Of a DNA stretch of 64,000 bases, positions 15,880-24,320 are shown piece after piece (position 1 is the first letter of the stretch; every line of letters begins with the position of its first letter). Origin of the DNA: Escherichia phage PNJ1809-36; the sequence record MT944117.1, one strand, 5' to 3'. The notes beneath the pieces are model-generated. The model was given only the letters and a program-made list of their open reading frames with translations, made no database searches and was not told the DNA's origin. The position numbers and the translations under genes are program-made.

Positions 15880-16266
15880 ATGAAAACAGAAATCATTATT
15901 GAAATCATCAACGGCTATAAAGAAGCCTTTATTTTTGCTGAATCAGCAAGGGATCATGAAGGTAATTTTATTGATAACTTAGACGATTATGATTTTTCTC
16001 CTAGCGCGGACGAACGGATCGCCCAGGATGTAACAGCCTTTATTAATGCTAATCTTGCCGCTATCTCTGAGGCAATGAGCGACGGCGCAACAGCCAACCA
16101 GATCGGGAATGATTTACATTTTACCCGTAACAGTCACGGCGTAGGCTTTTGGGATCGCCCTGAAATATACACCACTAACACAGCCAACCGCCTAACCAAT
16201 GCAGCTAAGTTTATGCCGAACGTGTCGGCTTACATTGGTGAAGATAATTTGATTTATATTGAATAA
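15880..16266 (+). CDS. hypothetical early protein (128 aa)
   Basis: ORF; SD AAAAGAGAG. Confidence 0.65.
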   Translation: MKTEIIIEIINGYKEAFIFAESARDHEGNFIDNLDDYDFSPSADERIAQDVTAFINANLAAISEAMSDGATANQIGNDLHFTRNSHGVGFWDRPEIYTTNTANRLTNAAKFMPNVSAYIGEDNLIYIE

Positions 16267-16272
16267 AAAGTA

Positions 16273-16329
16273 TTGACACAGATCGCCAGTGTGCTAATAT
16301 TTACCACGTAGGGCGGCAATGGTGCCGCC
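16273..16329 (+). promoter_or_regulatory. early cassette promoter E20 with 5'-proximal stem-loop
   Basis: -35 TTGACA 16273-16278, TGcTAATAT 16292-16300, perfect stem-loop GGCGGCA-ATGG-TGCCGCC 16312-16329. Confidence 0.65.
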
Positions 16330-16347
16330 GATAATGAGGAAAGTAAA

Positions 16348-16647
16348 ATGGAAACTATCGCTATTGTTACCGTAGAAAAACTGGTTGTTGGTGATGTATT
16401 CGCGTTAATGGTGCCTAACAGCAGCAAGCTGGGCGCTTATGAAGTAATGGATCATAAAAATGAATCATTTGGCGACGGTTGCACAATGGCGGTAAAATCC
16501 TTAAAGGATGGAATCATCCGTCAAGCTAATTGGCACAAAGGGAATCAAGTCGGATTAATATCAGCTAATTTCTTGCCAGAAGAGCAAACGTTAGACCAAC
16601 TATCAGGCGGTAAGACGTTAGCCGAACTACTGGAAACAGCGATCTAA
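16348..16647 (+). CDS. hypothetical early protein (99 aa)
   Basis: ORF; SD GAGGAAAG. Confidence 0.65.
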   Translation: METIAIVTVEKLVVGDVFALMVPNSSKLGAYEVMDHKNESFGDGCTMAVKSLKDGIIRQANWHKGNQVGLISANFLPEEQTLDQLSGGKTLAELLETAI

Positions 16648-16655
16648 TCAACAAA

Positions 16656-16669
16656 GGGCGGCAACGCCC
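16656..16669 (+). ncRNA. promoter-less intercistronic GNRA-tetraloop hairpin
   Basis: GGGCG-GCAA-CGCCC, no T-run. Confidence 0.4.
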
Positions 16670-16690
16670 CACATCAGAAAGGAAAAGATT

Positions 16691-16927
16691 ATGAGTATTG
16701 CAACAGTATTAACCGCCGTTAAAACCGCTGAATCATCCGGCTTGCATGTTGAGCTTATAGATCAACCAGGTGGCGATCTCCTTGTCCAGGTTTACCCGCC
16801 GAAAGTAGGAGATGATTATTATTGGTGCTATTCTGATACGTTCGAACAAGTAGACACGAAAGCGATCACGGCTTTTATTTTAAAAGCTGTTGAAGAAAAT
16901 AACTTTCATTATAACATCAATCAATAA
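16691..16927 (+). CDS. hypothetical early protein (78 aa)
   Basis: ORF; SD AAAGGAAAAG. Confidence 0.6.
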   Translation: MSIATVLTAVKTAESSGLHVELIDQPGGDLLVQVYPPKVGDDYYWCYSDTFEQVDTKAITAFILKAVEENNFHYNINQ

Positions 16928-16936
16928 ACTTTAAGC

Positions 16937-16952
16937 AGGGCGGTAACGCCCT
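16937..16952 (+). ncRNA. promoter-less intercistronic GNRA-tetraloop hairpin
   Basis: AGGGCG-GTAA-CGCCCT, no T-run. Confidence 0.4.
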
Positions 16953-16982
16953 ATTAAACGCAATAGGAAGAGGATAGAAAGC

Positions 16983-17273
16983 ATGAAAAAGATGATCGCA
17001 GTAGTTGCCCTGGTTGTTGGTATTAACGCGCCTGCAATGGCTAATGATTTGCCTGAATCCATCACGTTAACCGATATCAACGCGGTAAACCGGATCGGTG
17101 TTAATTATCGCCTATGCCTTGCCGCTAAAACTTTCCAGGACGGCACGACAGAATACCACGGATTCGAGGGTATCCGCTGCGGTGAGCTTGCACGCGACCT
17201 TAAGGAAGATCCAGACCTTGAGGCCATACCGATGACCGTAAACGGTAAAGCTTACGTAAACCGCCAACAATGA
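16983..17273 (+). CDS. secreted/periplasmic small protein with signal peptide
   Basis: MKKMIAVVALVVGINAPAMA signal-like N-terminus; SD GGAAGAGG. Confidence 0.65.
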   Translation: MKKMIAVVALVVGINAPAMANDLPESITLTDINAVNRIGVNYRLCLAAKTFQDGTTEYHGFEGIRCGELARDLKEDPDLEAIPMTVNGKAYVNRQQ

Positions 17274-17284
17274 GAAAGGTAATC

Positions 17285-17404
17285 ATGACAATGGGGATCA
17301 TAGTAGCAACGCTGGCGCTGATCCCCTTCCTGGTTGAATATGTGCTGATTAGTGTTGTCCTGGTAGTCAGTGACTTATTGGAAACGGTTGGCACCTGGTT
17401 TTAA
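17285..17404 (+). CDS. small membrane peptide (39 aa)
   Basis: SD GAGAAAGG + ATG 17285; hydrophobic throughout. Confidence 0.4.
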   Translation: MTMGIIVATLALIPFLVEYVLISVVLVVSDLLETVGTWF

Positions 17405-17416
17405 GGAGTAATAAAA

Positions 17417-17608
17417 ATGAATGCAGAACAAGTTAGAAAGGTATTAGCAGCGTTGCGGTATCACAACCATAGCAAGGTAAAGAATGATCCTGATTATGTG
17501 GATTCAAGCCTGGAAGAAGACACATTGCAAGCTATAAGCCATATGCAAGAATTGTTTAAGCGTATGACAGAGAAAAACAGATCTGATTATATAGGTGACG
17601 AGATCTAA
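17417..17608 (+). CDS. hypothetical early protein (63 aa)
   Basis: ORF; SD AAGGAG. Confidence 0.6.
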   Translation: MNAEQVRKVLAALRYHNHSKVKNDPDYVDSSLEEDTLQAISHMQELFKRMTEKNRSDYIGDEI

Positions 17609-17620
17609 TCCTTACAAAAA

Positions 17621-17646
17621 CAGGGCTTGCTTTTGTCCTGTTTTTT
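17621..17646 (+). terminator. putative rho-independent terminator
   Basis: CAGGGC-loop-GTCCTG (one G-U) followed by TTTTTT. Confidence 0.45.
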
Positions 17647-17785
17647 GTTATACTTATTGAACGGGCGGCACCTGGTAGCAGGGGAAGATAATCACCGGAC
17701 GACCCCGCTATATATTGATAGCTAACATCTATCAAACAACAAAACATCAAAGAAATAAACTATCAAATCTTTACAATGCTACCTA

Positions 17786-17846
17786 TTGACACCGGATCAC
17801 GCTTACATTATTATTTATCACGTAGGGCGAGCAATACAGCAAGCCC
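17786..17846 (+). promoter_or_regulatory. early cassette promoter E21 with degenerate 5' stem-loop
   Basis: -35 TTGACA 17786-17791, -10 TATTAT 17809-17814, conserved TTATCACGTAGGGCG initial sequence. Confidence 0.55.
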
Positions 17847-17863
17847 ACAAAGAGGAAAATAAA

Positions 17864-18232
17864 ATGAGCAAATCAGCAATTAAAGCACTTGAAAAAGCAC
17901 AAGAAGTGATCGCAACGTCAACCACTGGCGCAAAGGTTAATCTCGTTGGTTATCTGACAGATGAAACTATCCGTAAAAATTGGCGTAATGCTGATTTACT
18001 GGCTTGCTTATTGATTAATAGTGTCGCTAATGCTTTCCAGTGTGAAACAGCCGAGAGCCTGGAGGCAAACTTGTTCGACAGTATGGATCAAGCCATTGAA
18101 ACCTATATTCAATCAAATTTAGATAGCTGGAACAATAAAACATGGCCCGACAACTTACGCGATACAACTGATCAACTGATCCGCCTTGCCGTGATGGTTG
18201 AACGCGATAACGTTCACAACCGCACAAAGTAA
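17864..18232 (+). CDS. hypothetical early protein (122 aa)
   Basis: ATG 17864 after SD AAAGAGGAAAA. Confidence 0.65.
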   Translation: MSKSAIKALEKAQEVIATSTTGAKVNLVGYLTDETIRKNWRNADLLACLLINSVANAFQCETAESLEANLFDSMDQAIETYIQSNLDSWNNKTWPDNLRDTTDQLIRLAVMVERDNVHNRTK

Positions 18233-18243
18233 GATTATACAAG

Positions 18244-18263
18244 GGGCGCACTAAGCGCCCTTT
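18244..18263 (+). terminator. putative terminator hairpin (short T-tract)
   Basis: GGGCGC-ACTAA-GCGCCC followed by TTT. Confidence 0.4.
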
Positions 18264-18290
18264 AACGTAAAGAAATGTAAATAATGCGCT

Positions 18291-18327
18291 ATCCCCTATT
18301 GACAGGGGATCGGCGTTATATTATATT
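18291..18327 (+). promoter_or_regulatory. promoter E22 with 7-bp inverted repeat straddling the -35
   Basis: IR ATCCCCT (18291-18297) / AGGGGAT (18305-18311) around TTGACA 18299-18304; -10 TATATT 18322-18327. Confidence 0.55.
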
Positions 18328-18372
18328 TAACTCACTGGCAGCAAACAACGAAACGAAACAAAGGACAACACC

Positions 18373-18792
18373 ATGAACATTAAATCAAATAATCCAGCTT
18401 ACTCCTTCGATAACGCTTTTTGTCACGGTAGCGCCGCCAAAGGCTTCGAAATCGATGGTAAATTGGTTATCGTGAACGTTGACGGGGAAGAGGTTGCAGT
18501 ATATCCGGTAAACGATGTTAAAAGCCGTTTACAATGCCGCATGGATGTTACCGCATATCAGCTTGATCCGGTCCGTGTAGTTGCCCTGGTATTAGAGGAA
18601 GAGATCAAAGCAATGCATCATAGTAATAAGTTTATTGGTGACGCGCAGGATAATATGAACGTTTGCCGCCATAAAGTTAATGAAGCCTTGAAAGAATGCG
18701 GTTTTAAGGATCTGATGATTAAACGTGATGAAAAATTCCGCTTTCGTAATGACCTGGCAAACCGGATCTACTCAATCTATGAAGCGTTATAA
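18373..18792 (+). CDS. hypothetical protein (139 aa)
   Basis: ORF; SD AAAGGA. Confidence 0.65.
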   Translation: MNIKSNNPAYSFDNAFCHGSAAKGFEIDGKLVIVNVDGEEVAVYPVNDVKSRLQCRMDVTAYQLDPVRVVALVLEEEIKAMHHSNKFIGDAQDNMNVCRHKVNEALKECGFKDLMIKRDEKFRFRNDLANRIYSIYEAL

Positions 18793-18807
18793 TTGACAAC
18801 AAAACAA

Positions 18808-18833
18808 GGGCGCACCAAGCGCCCTTTCTTTTT
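18808..18833 (+). terminator. rho-independent terminator closing the early array
   Basis: GGGCGC-ACCAA-GCGCCC followed by TTTCTTTTT. Confidence 0.75.
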
Positions 18834-20366
18834 GCCCGAATAATGTTGATAGATTCCGCCTATGAAAAACCGACACAGAACAAAACTGAATAGATCGCGG
18901 TATCGAGCTAATCAACCATTAAACGAATAACCATACCTCCCAGGGTAACAGGTTGTTAGAGAGCCATTTAGAGCGGTTAAAATCGATCAACAACCAACAA
19001 CAAACCATCAAAAACACCCTTTTACCTCCTTTCTAGTGCAATGATAACCATTATCATCTATCCATGTTTATCTATGCAATATAAGTGCATAACTATAATG
19101 TTGATAATAGTTCGCAACAACTAACTAACCAACAACCTAAAACAATAAGCAAACTAATCATAATCAAAGGAATAATAGCAAGATGATTGATAACGACAAA
19201 CAATCAAACCATGATGAATACTAAGCAAGATAACGATAACACGACAAAACAACCAACTAACGAACAATAACAAACGAAACCATTAAAATAACAACTATTA
19301 GCAAAATAGTGCCTGAATGAAATCATTACAAAACGAATCATTCACAGGATCATCATTAGCACGCTATGCCGGACACATAGCGAGCTAATAATAAGCCAAC
19401 TACACCCCAACAATCATAACCATCGGTGATGGTTATTTCTTGTTACTGCGTAGCTTGCAATAATTGCAAGCGTAATGACGCTTACACTTATTGCGCTGGC
19501 TTATTATTAGCATTATATGTAATTACCAAGATCATAACATTAGCGCAATAACAATAATCATTGTGGTAATTACAAGATGAAATAATCGCTATCGCTCAAA
19601 GATTATTAGCAAGATGAATAATTGCACGTAGCAACATGAGCGAATAGCGACAGGTTGCATAGTGTGCACATAGATGTACACGCAGTGTATAAACATACAG
19701 GAAAATAAAGGCTAATCTTTTGGGGGCGAATACTATCGCGTAGCGATATGTTGAGCATCTTCTCTTAAACGTAAATAAAATCAGAAAATTCTTGATTTAT
19801 TTTAATTTTTATGTTAATAAACGTTTAAATAATAATCATTCTCATATGAATAATAGTCTGCTTGTCATGAGCGGGATTAGTTGACAATGTTCCGTCATAT
19901 GATGAGGTTGCCAAACCATTGATAAATAAGTGTTTGTGTGATTTATAATCAAGCGGCCCACCTTGTCGCTATGTTGGCATGAGCCTTGCATAAGTCATTG
20001 AATACGAATGATAATTATTCTCATTCGCATGATATTTGGGAATTGTCGCTGCGTGGACCTGACGGCCCGAAAATTCGCGTTAAGCACTTCTTACGTATGT
20101 GCCATGATTTTTGCCATATGATATTGATTCTACTAGATATTCTTGCCATGATTGCCATGAAACAGGGTGTCCCGAAATAATCTCTCCCTGTAGATATTTT
20201 GGGTTACTTTTTATACAAGAGTGGGGTGTCAAAAATAATTGGTATATATGGGATAATTGATAGGAATCCCCTATGATAATTCGATTGTAATTCCCTAAGA
20301 TTGATCGTATGATGTTGGTGATTGATGATTGCCATGAAAGATGGCTAACGATGAGAGGAGATTATC
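18834..20366. other. gene-free 1.5-kb region, strand-skewed A+C-rich (CAA/AAC-rich, G/T-poor on plus strand)
   Basis: no credible ORF; long tracts such as aaccaacaacaaaccatcaaaaacaccc and acaaaacaaccaactaacgaacaataacaaacg. Confidence 0.7.
20100..20337. repeat. five copies of TTGCCATGA-type motif including a perfect tandem pair
   Basis: TGCCATGA at ~20100, TTGCCATATGA ~20111, TTGCCATGATTGCCATGA 20143-20160, TTGCCATGA 20329-20337. Confidence 0.6.
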
Positions 20367-20741
20367 ATGCAAGAGAGTAAAAATGTTCCGTTGAGTAGTG
20401 CAACATTGCTTCGCTTCTATAAAGCATGGATTGCCAACTATCCTGCAATGAATCGCACAACGAGTGGCTTATGTGGTTGTCTGGTAGATTATGTAGATGA
20501 TTTTGTTGGTGAGACAACTAGAGAAGAAGATAGAAGATGGCGTGATCATTTGTTGGACCGTTTGAAATATGAAATGAGGAAACAATTTACATGTGCAGGG
20601 CTGGACTACAATCTTCCGTTCAATGCAGATTGCATGGATTACCTTTCAGAGTGTATAAACTTGGCGTGTCATACCAACACGTTACGTCTTCAATGGGTGA
20701 AAGACAGAATCGAAGATGCAAATAATGCTTGCATTGAATAA
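20367..20741 (+). CDS. paralog family member 1 (GLC...PF...WVKDR family)
   Basis: SD GAGAGGAG; FYKAWIANYP..SGLCGCL...LPFN...LRLQWVKDRIED. Confidence 0.65.
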   Translation: MQESKNVPLSSATLLRFYKAWIANYPAMNRTTSGLCGCLVDYVDDFVGETTREEDRRWRDHLLDRLKYEMRKQFTCAGLDYNLPFNADCMDYLSECINLACHTNTLRLQWVKDRIEDANNACIE

Positions 20742-20812
20742 AAATGTCTGTATGATGGTTTGCATGAGAGGTGCGATATCGCGCATAACAAACAGCTAAT
20801 GAGGAGATTGGA

Positions 20813-21025
20813 ATGCATAGCATGAAACGCATGAAAATTCGTATTGAGAATGATGGTGGTTATAAAGGATTGGCACATGCAAAATTTCCACTTGTGCTGG
20901 AAGCTACGGTGGAATACAGTGGGCTTGCTCATGTGCGATTCTCGAAGATGATGGAAGTGCAGGAGTGGTTTTGGGACGAGATAGATGCACGAGAAGGGGG
21001 AAGATTATGTTTTCTTTCCTCATGA
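20813..21025 (+). CDS. hypothetical protein (70 aa)
   Basis: SD GAGGAG + ATG. Confidence 0.6.
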   Translation: MHSMKRMKIRIENDGGYKGLAHAKFPLVLEATVEYSGLAHVRFSKMMEVQEWFWDEIDAREGGRLCFLSS

Positions 21026-21056
21026 ATATGAAATCGTTTATTAAAGGTTGTGTGCA

Positions 21057-21296
21057 ATGATCACACCACAACAGAATGAAGCAGCAATGGATCTTCTTGA
21101 TAGTTTGTATTTCGATAATTGGTACTCTGAATGTGAATGGATGAATATGCAAACTCTGAAAGAGAAGACAGAAGCGTTGATTACCGTAGATCAATTTCTT
21201 GCAGAGACGGAAAGAATGAATTATGATATGGCATCTCGCGCACGACGCGTTTCCATTTTCAATAAAATGTTAGCATTATGGGGAGGTAGAAAATGA
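21057..21296 (+). CDS. hypothetical protein (79 aa)
   Basis: first ATG in listed ORF 21048 (TTG start). Confidence 0.55.
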   Translation: MITPQQNEAAMDLLDSLYFDNWYSECEWMNMQTLKEKTEALITVDQFLAETERMNYDMASRARRVSIFNKMLALWGGRK

Positions 21297-21754
21297 GACA
21301 ATTCACTATACTGGCAGCTTATGTGCAATGTGTTCACGATTATGTTAGTGCTCATACAGGTTTGCTGGAAGTTAATAGTAAAATTGAAGGCAATATGGGT
21401 ACTGTCTATGTGCAACATACTTTATCTAACGTGCCGTATAAAGTGTTCACTGTTGTAGCTGCCGATTACAATCGTGTAGATGTGCGTTTCTTGGATCATA
21501 ATTTTCGTAACGCACTAGATAATATCGAAGATTATCTTCCCGTGAAACCTTTGTCATTTCCACCGAGTCGTGCAAATAATGTAGTGACAAACCTTAATGA
21601 AAGGAATGTGGCTATGCACAAAAAAGTCCGTCAACTGAAAACGCTGATGGAAATGCAAGAAGAGATTGAAAAAGAACTGAAAGAAGATTTTGGTATGCTT
21701 CCAAAAGACGCTTTGAAATGGTATGATGAACTAGGAGGAGAAAGTTATGAATAA
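21293..21754 (+). CDS. hypothetical protein (153 aa)
   Basis: SD GGGGAGG; ATGA overlap. Confidence 0.65.
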   Translation: MRQFTILAAYVQCVHDYVSAHTGLLEVNSKIEGNMGTVYVQHTLSNVPYKVFTVVAADYNRVDVRFLDHNFRNALDNIEDYLPVKPLSFPPSRANNVVTNLNERNVAMHKKVRQLKTLMEMQEEIEKELKEDFGMLPKDALKWYDELGGESYE

Positions 21755-21777
21755 AGAGACTACTGTATATTTAGTGA

Positions 21778-21921
21778 CTAAGAACACCCCAGGTTGGAAT
21801 CAGTGCTCAACACCTCGAAAAAATTCTCTCCAATGATAGCAGCAATACTGTTATCAAAGGTAGAATATAGTCGCATATAATCTTCATCCTGGAAACGGTA
21901 GACATGACCTTCTTTAAACAT
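21778..21921 (-). CDS. small antisense-oriented hypothetical protein (47 aa)
   Basis: internal ATG of listed ORF with strong SD AAGGAG 6 nt upstream. Confidence 0.45.
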   Translation of the reverse strand: MFKEGHVYRFQDEDYMRLYSTFDNSIAAIIGENFFEVLSTDSNLGCS

Positions 21922-22035
21922 TGTATGCTCCTTCTTGTTCAAGAGTGAAAGGAATGATTTCACCATAGCTGTATCGCATAGCATCAACTTCTGCTTCTGC
22001 ACGTTGTGCTAGTTCTAGTGTTGCACAGATTTTAT

Positions 22036-22389
22036 ATGGGGTTGTTGAGCACTGATGCAAATGGTAATATCTTGTCAATTGTTGTGATAGGGAGAGACGG
22101 TATTATCACTGCTAGTGATGGGGATCGTTACATAATCAATTCTGCTCATATAGATTATTTTGTTGACGGTGGTATTCGTGGTGGTCGTGGAAAACCCCAA
22201 GAAGAACCTGTTGATACAACAAAAGAAGAGTGGTATGTTGTAATGACTGATGACACCTGTATTTCTGGATTTGAAAGTTATGAAGAAGCTTTGAAAGAAG
22301 CAGCAGAGCATAAAATGGCTAATCCTACAGAAGAGGTTGAAGTTTATAAACGTTTGGTTGTTGCTACCATCGGCGTATCTTTTGTTTAA
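22036..22389 (+). CDS. hypothetical protein (117 aa)
   Basis: first ATG in listed ORF 22006; no clear SD, start uncertain. Confidence 0.45.
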   Translation: MGLLSTDANGNILSIVVIGRDGIITASDGDRYIINSAHIDYFVDGGIRGGRGKPQEEPVDTTKEEWYVVMTDDTCISGFESYEEALKEAAEHKMANPTEEVEVYKRLVVATIGVSFV

Positions 22390-22401
22390 AAGGGGAATGT
22401 T

Positions 22402-22839
22402 ATGTTTAAAGTTAATGCTGTTTACTGTTTCAAAACTAAAGCTGCCCGTGAAGCTTTCTCTATGATCTCTGATGAAAATTTCAAAATGGCAGCTTTGATT
22501 GAAGGGTCTTGTTTCCGCGTCGAAGATGTTAGTGAATCAGGCTCTGTTTGCTCATTGACTTTATTGGACAGCGGGGATATTATTGAAGCTGGACAGTATC
22601 CGTTCAGAAGTTGGGGGATATTGTTAGCTCGCGGAGAGCGTAACTTTTTTATGTGCGTGTCTGCGGGGGAAGTTGTGAAAGAAACTAAGGATGTTTCTGT
22701 TTACAATTCTGAATTTATAAGTTATAGTGAGTATCAACATCTGGAAGGCATTGTTGGTCACTTGTTATCTCTGATTAATATTGAATGTGACTTGCCTGAA
22801 TCATTGAAAGAAGAGTTGAAAGCATTAGATCTGCTATAA
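22402..22839 (+). CDS. hypothetical protein (145 aa)
   Basis: SD AAAGGGGA. Confidence 0.65.
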   Translation: MFKVNAVYCFKTKAAREAFSMISDENFKMAALIEGSCFRVEDVSESGSVCSLTLLDSGDIIEAGQYPFRSWGILLARGERNFFMCVSAGEVVKETKDVSVYNSEFISYSEYQHLEGIVGHLLSLINIECDLPESLKEELKALDLL

Positions 22840-22866
22840 TGTTTCACACAACGAAAGGAGAATAAG

Positions 22867-23166
22867 ATGAATCTGACTGAACAGTTACGCCGTATTGCAA
22901 AAGAAGCTTCCTTCAACTTCCCTGTTGAAGAAGTGATCGAGACATGTTTTGCTGAAGCACGAGCGGGAAACTCTTCAAGAAATTTCACGCCATCTGATTT
23001 TGGTTTGGATAATTCTCCTACTCACCCAGGGGAAATCTACAATCAGGTGAAATGGATGGATGAAGCAGTAGCAATTCTTCGTGAGCGTGGGCTTATTGTT
23101 TATAAAGAAATGGATCTGAACGGGGCATACGAGTGGATCACTATTGATTGGTCGGAGGTGAAATAA
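22867..23166 (+). CDS. hypothetical protein (99 aa)
   Basis: SD AAAGGAGA. Confidence 0.65.
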   Translation: MNLTEQLRRIAKEASFNFPVEEVIETCFAEARAGNSSRNFTPSDFGLDNSPTHPGEIYNQVKWMDEAVAILRERGLIVYKEMDLNGAYEWITIDWSEVK

Positions 23167-23375
23167 TGGTTACTATCACGTTGACAGTTACACAAGAGCA
23201 AGCAGAAGAATTACGTGATGCACTGGCATATATGGGACGCGCTTATTATATGCCTCACAAATCTCAAGATGTTTTTGCTACAGCCGTTGAGAAAGCTTTA
23301 AACAAATACCGAGAAACTCATGCCGTTCCTAAAGTATCAGCGGAAGAGTTTGGCACTTGGCACGAAGTTCACTGA
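23166..23375 (+). CDS. hypothetical protein (69 aa)
   Basis: ATG 23166 after GGAGGTG. Confidence 0.55.
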   Translation: MVTITLTVTQEQAEELRDALAYMGRAYYMPHKSQDVFATAVEKALNKYRETHAVPKVSAEEFGTWHEVH

Positions 23376-23385
23376 GGAGGTTTCG

Positions 23386-23619
23386 ATGAAAGGTAACAAG
23401 ATGAAAGTTAATCAAGTGCCGAGCGCATACACTTTGTGGCTTGCGCGAGCGTTACACCAGACGATCAAAAACCCTAAGAAGCCAATGAAGAGCGGGAAGA
23501 AGTTTATGTCTAAGGGCAAAACAACCTTTGGCTTCACTCGTATGTCTGTTAAGATGAAAAGACTGGGGTACAAGCCAAACTACGCTCGTTACCCTTCTGA
23601 ATACAACTGGTTTGACTAA
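23386..23619 (+). CDS. small basic protein (77 aa)
   Basis: ATG 23386 after GAGGAGG; Lys-rich. Confidence 0.55.
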   Translation: MKGNKMKVNQVPSAYTLWLARALHQTIKNPKKPMKSGKKFMSKGKTTFGFTRMSVKMKRLGYKPNYARYPSEYNWFD

Positions 23620-23631
23620 AAGGAGAAAGCA

Positions 23632-24105
23632 ATGGCAGGTTTGAAACTGGAGATGTTGACAAAGCAAGAATTTGTTCCCGAACACGGTGAAACTTACATT
23701 GCTTTCTTGATTAGTGATTTTTATGGGGATTTAGAGTATGTTGAACTGGAGTGTGAGTTTCACTACCAAATGATTGACGCAGAAACTGGTTATTGTTTGG
23801 GTACGTCTGCGGTGTATAATGGTGATAATGGCATTCCTTTTCATACCCCAATGAGGTACGAAGCGAAAAGCCGATTCAAACTTCTCACAGAAGAAGAAAA
23901 AGAGACATATAAATATCACGAAGAGGAGGATCAACGCTTCTGGTGGGAGAAAACTTGGTTCCTGTCTGATCGCCGTAATCTTCAGATTCACCCAGAAGAA
24001 CTGGATGAAATGTCCATCGGGATTATGAAGAAGAAAGACTTCATGTACCAGGTGAGAGAAGCTAATAAGTTCCGTGTTGCAACTAAAGAGGAGAACAAAA
24101 CATGA
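23632..24105 (+). CDS. hypothetical protein (157 aa)
   Basis: SD AAAGGAGAAAG. Confidence 0.65.
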   Translation: MAGLKLEMLTKQEFVPEHGETYIAFLISDFYGDLEYVELECEFHYQMIDAETGYCLGTSAVYNGDNGIPFHTPMRYEAKSRFKLLTEEEKETYKYHEEEDQRFWWEKTWFLSDRRNLQIHPEELDEMSIGIMKKKDFMYQVREANKFRVATKEENKT

Positions 24106-24320
24106 AAACATTTATTCGCGTAAAACATGATCCAAACAGCAGTTACCCATACGCGTATGTTGAACGTCATGAAGGAGCCTATTACACCATAAAACGTAAA
24201 GTCCCAACTGATACAGGGTTTAACTTTGATGTTATTGCGCTGGATGATCAAGGTGTTGATAATCTGGTGAATGCATTACTCGCATTGAAGGAAGTACGAT
24301 ATGAAAATCAGACTAATTGA
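24102..24320 (+). CDS. hypothetical protein (72 aa)
   Basis: SD AGAGGAG; ATGA overlap. Confidence 0.6.
   Translation: MKTFIRVKHDPNSSYPYAYVERHEGAYYTIKRKVPTDTGFNFDVIALDDQGVDNLVNALLALKEVRYENQTN

Noticed and set aside
8362-16329. Cassette hairpins as RNase III processing sites (T7-early style)
   Set aside because: Stems are only 6-9 bp, too short for canonical RNase III substrates; 5'-end protection or factor binding is more plausible.
8300-18835. Regularly recurring ~25-bp GC-rich motif could be mistaken for a CRISPR array
   Set aside because: Units are 200-600 bp apart with irregular spacing, each followed by an SD and a protein-coding ORF; the repeat is embedded in a promoter. Not a CRISPR.
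19986-20180. 64-aa ORF inside the gene-free region
   Set aside because: No SD, overlaps the TTGCCATGA and Fur-like repeats, odd composition; more likely regulatory DNA.
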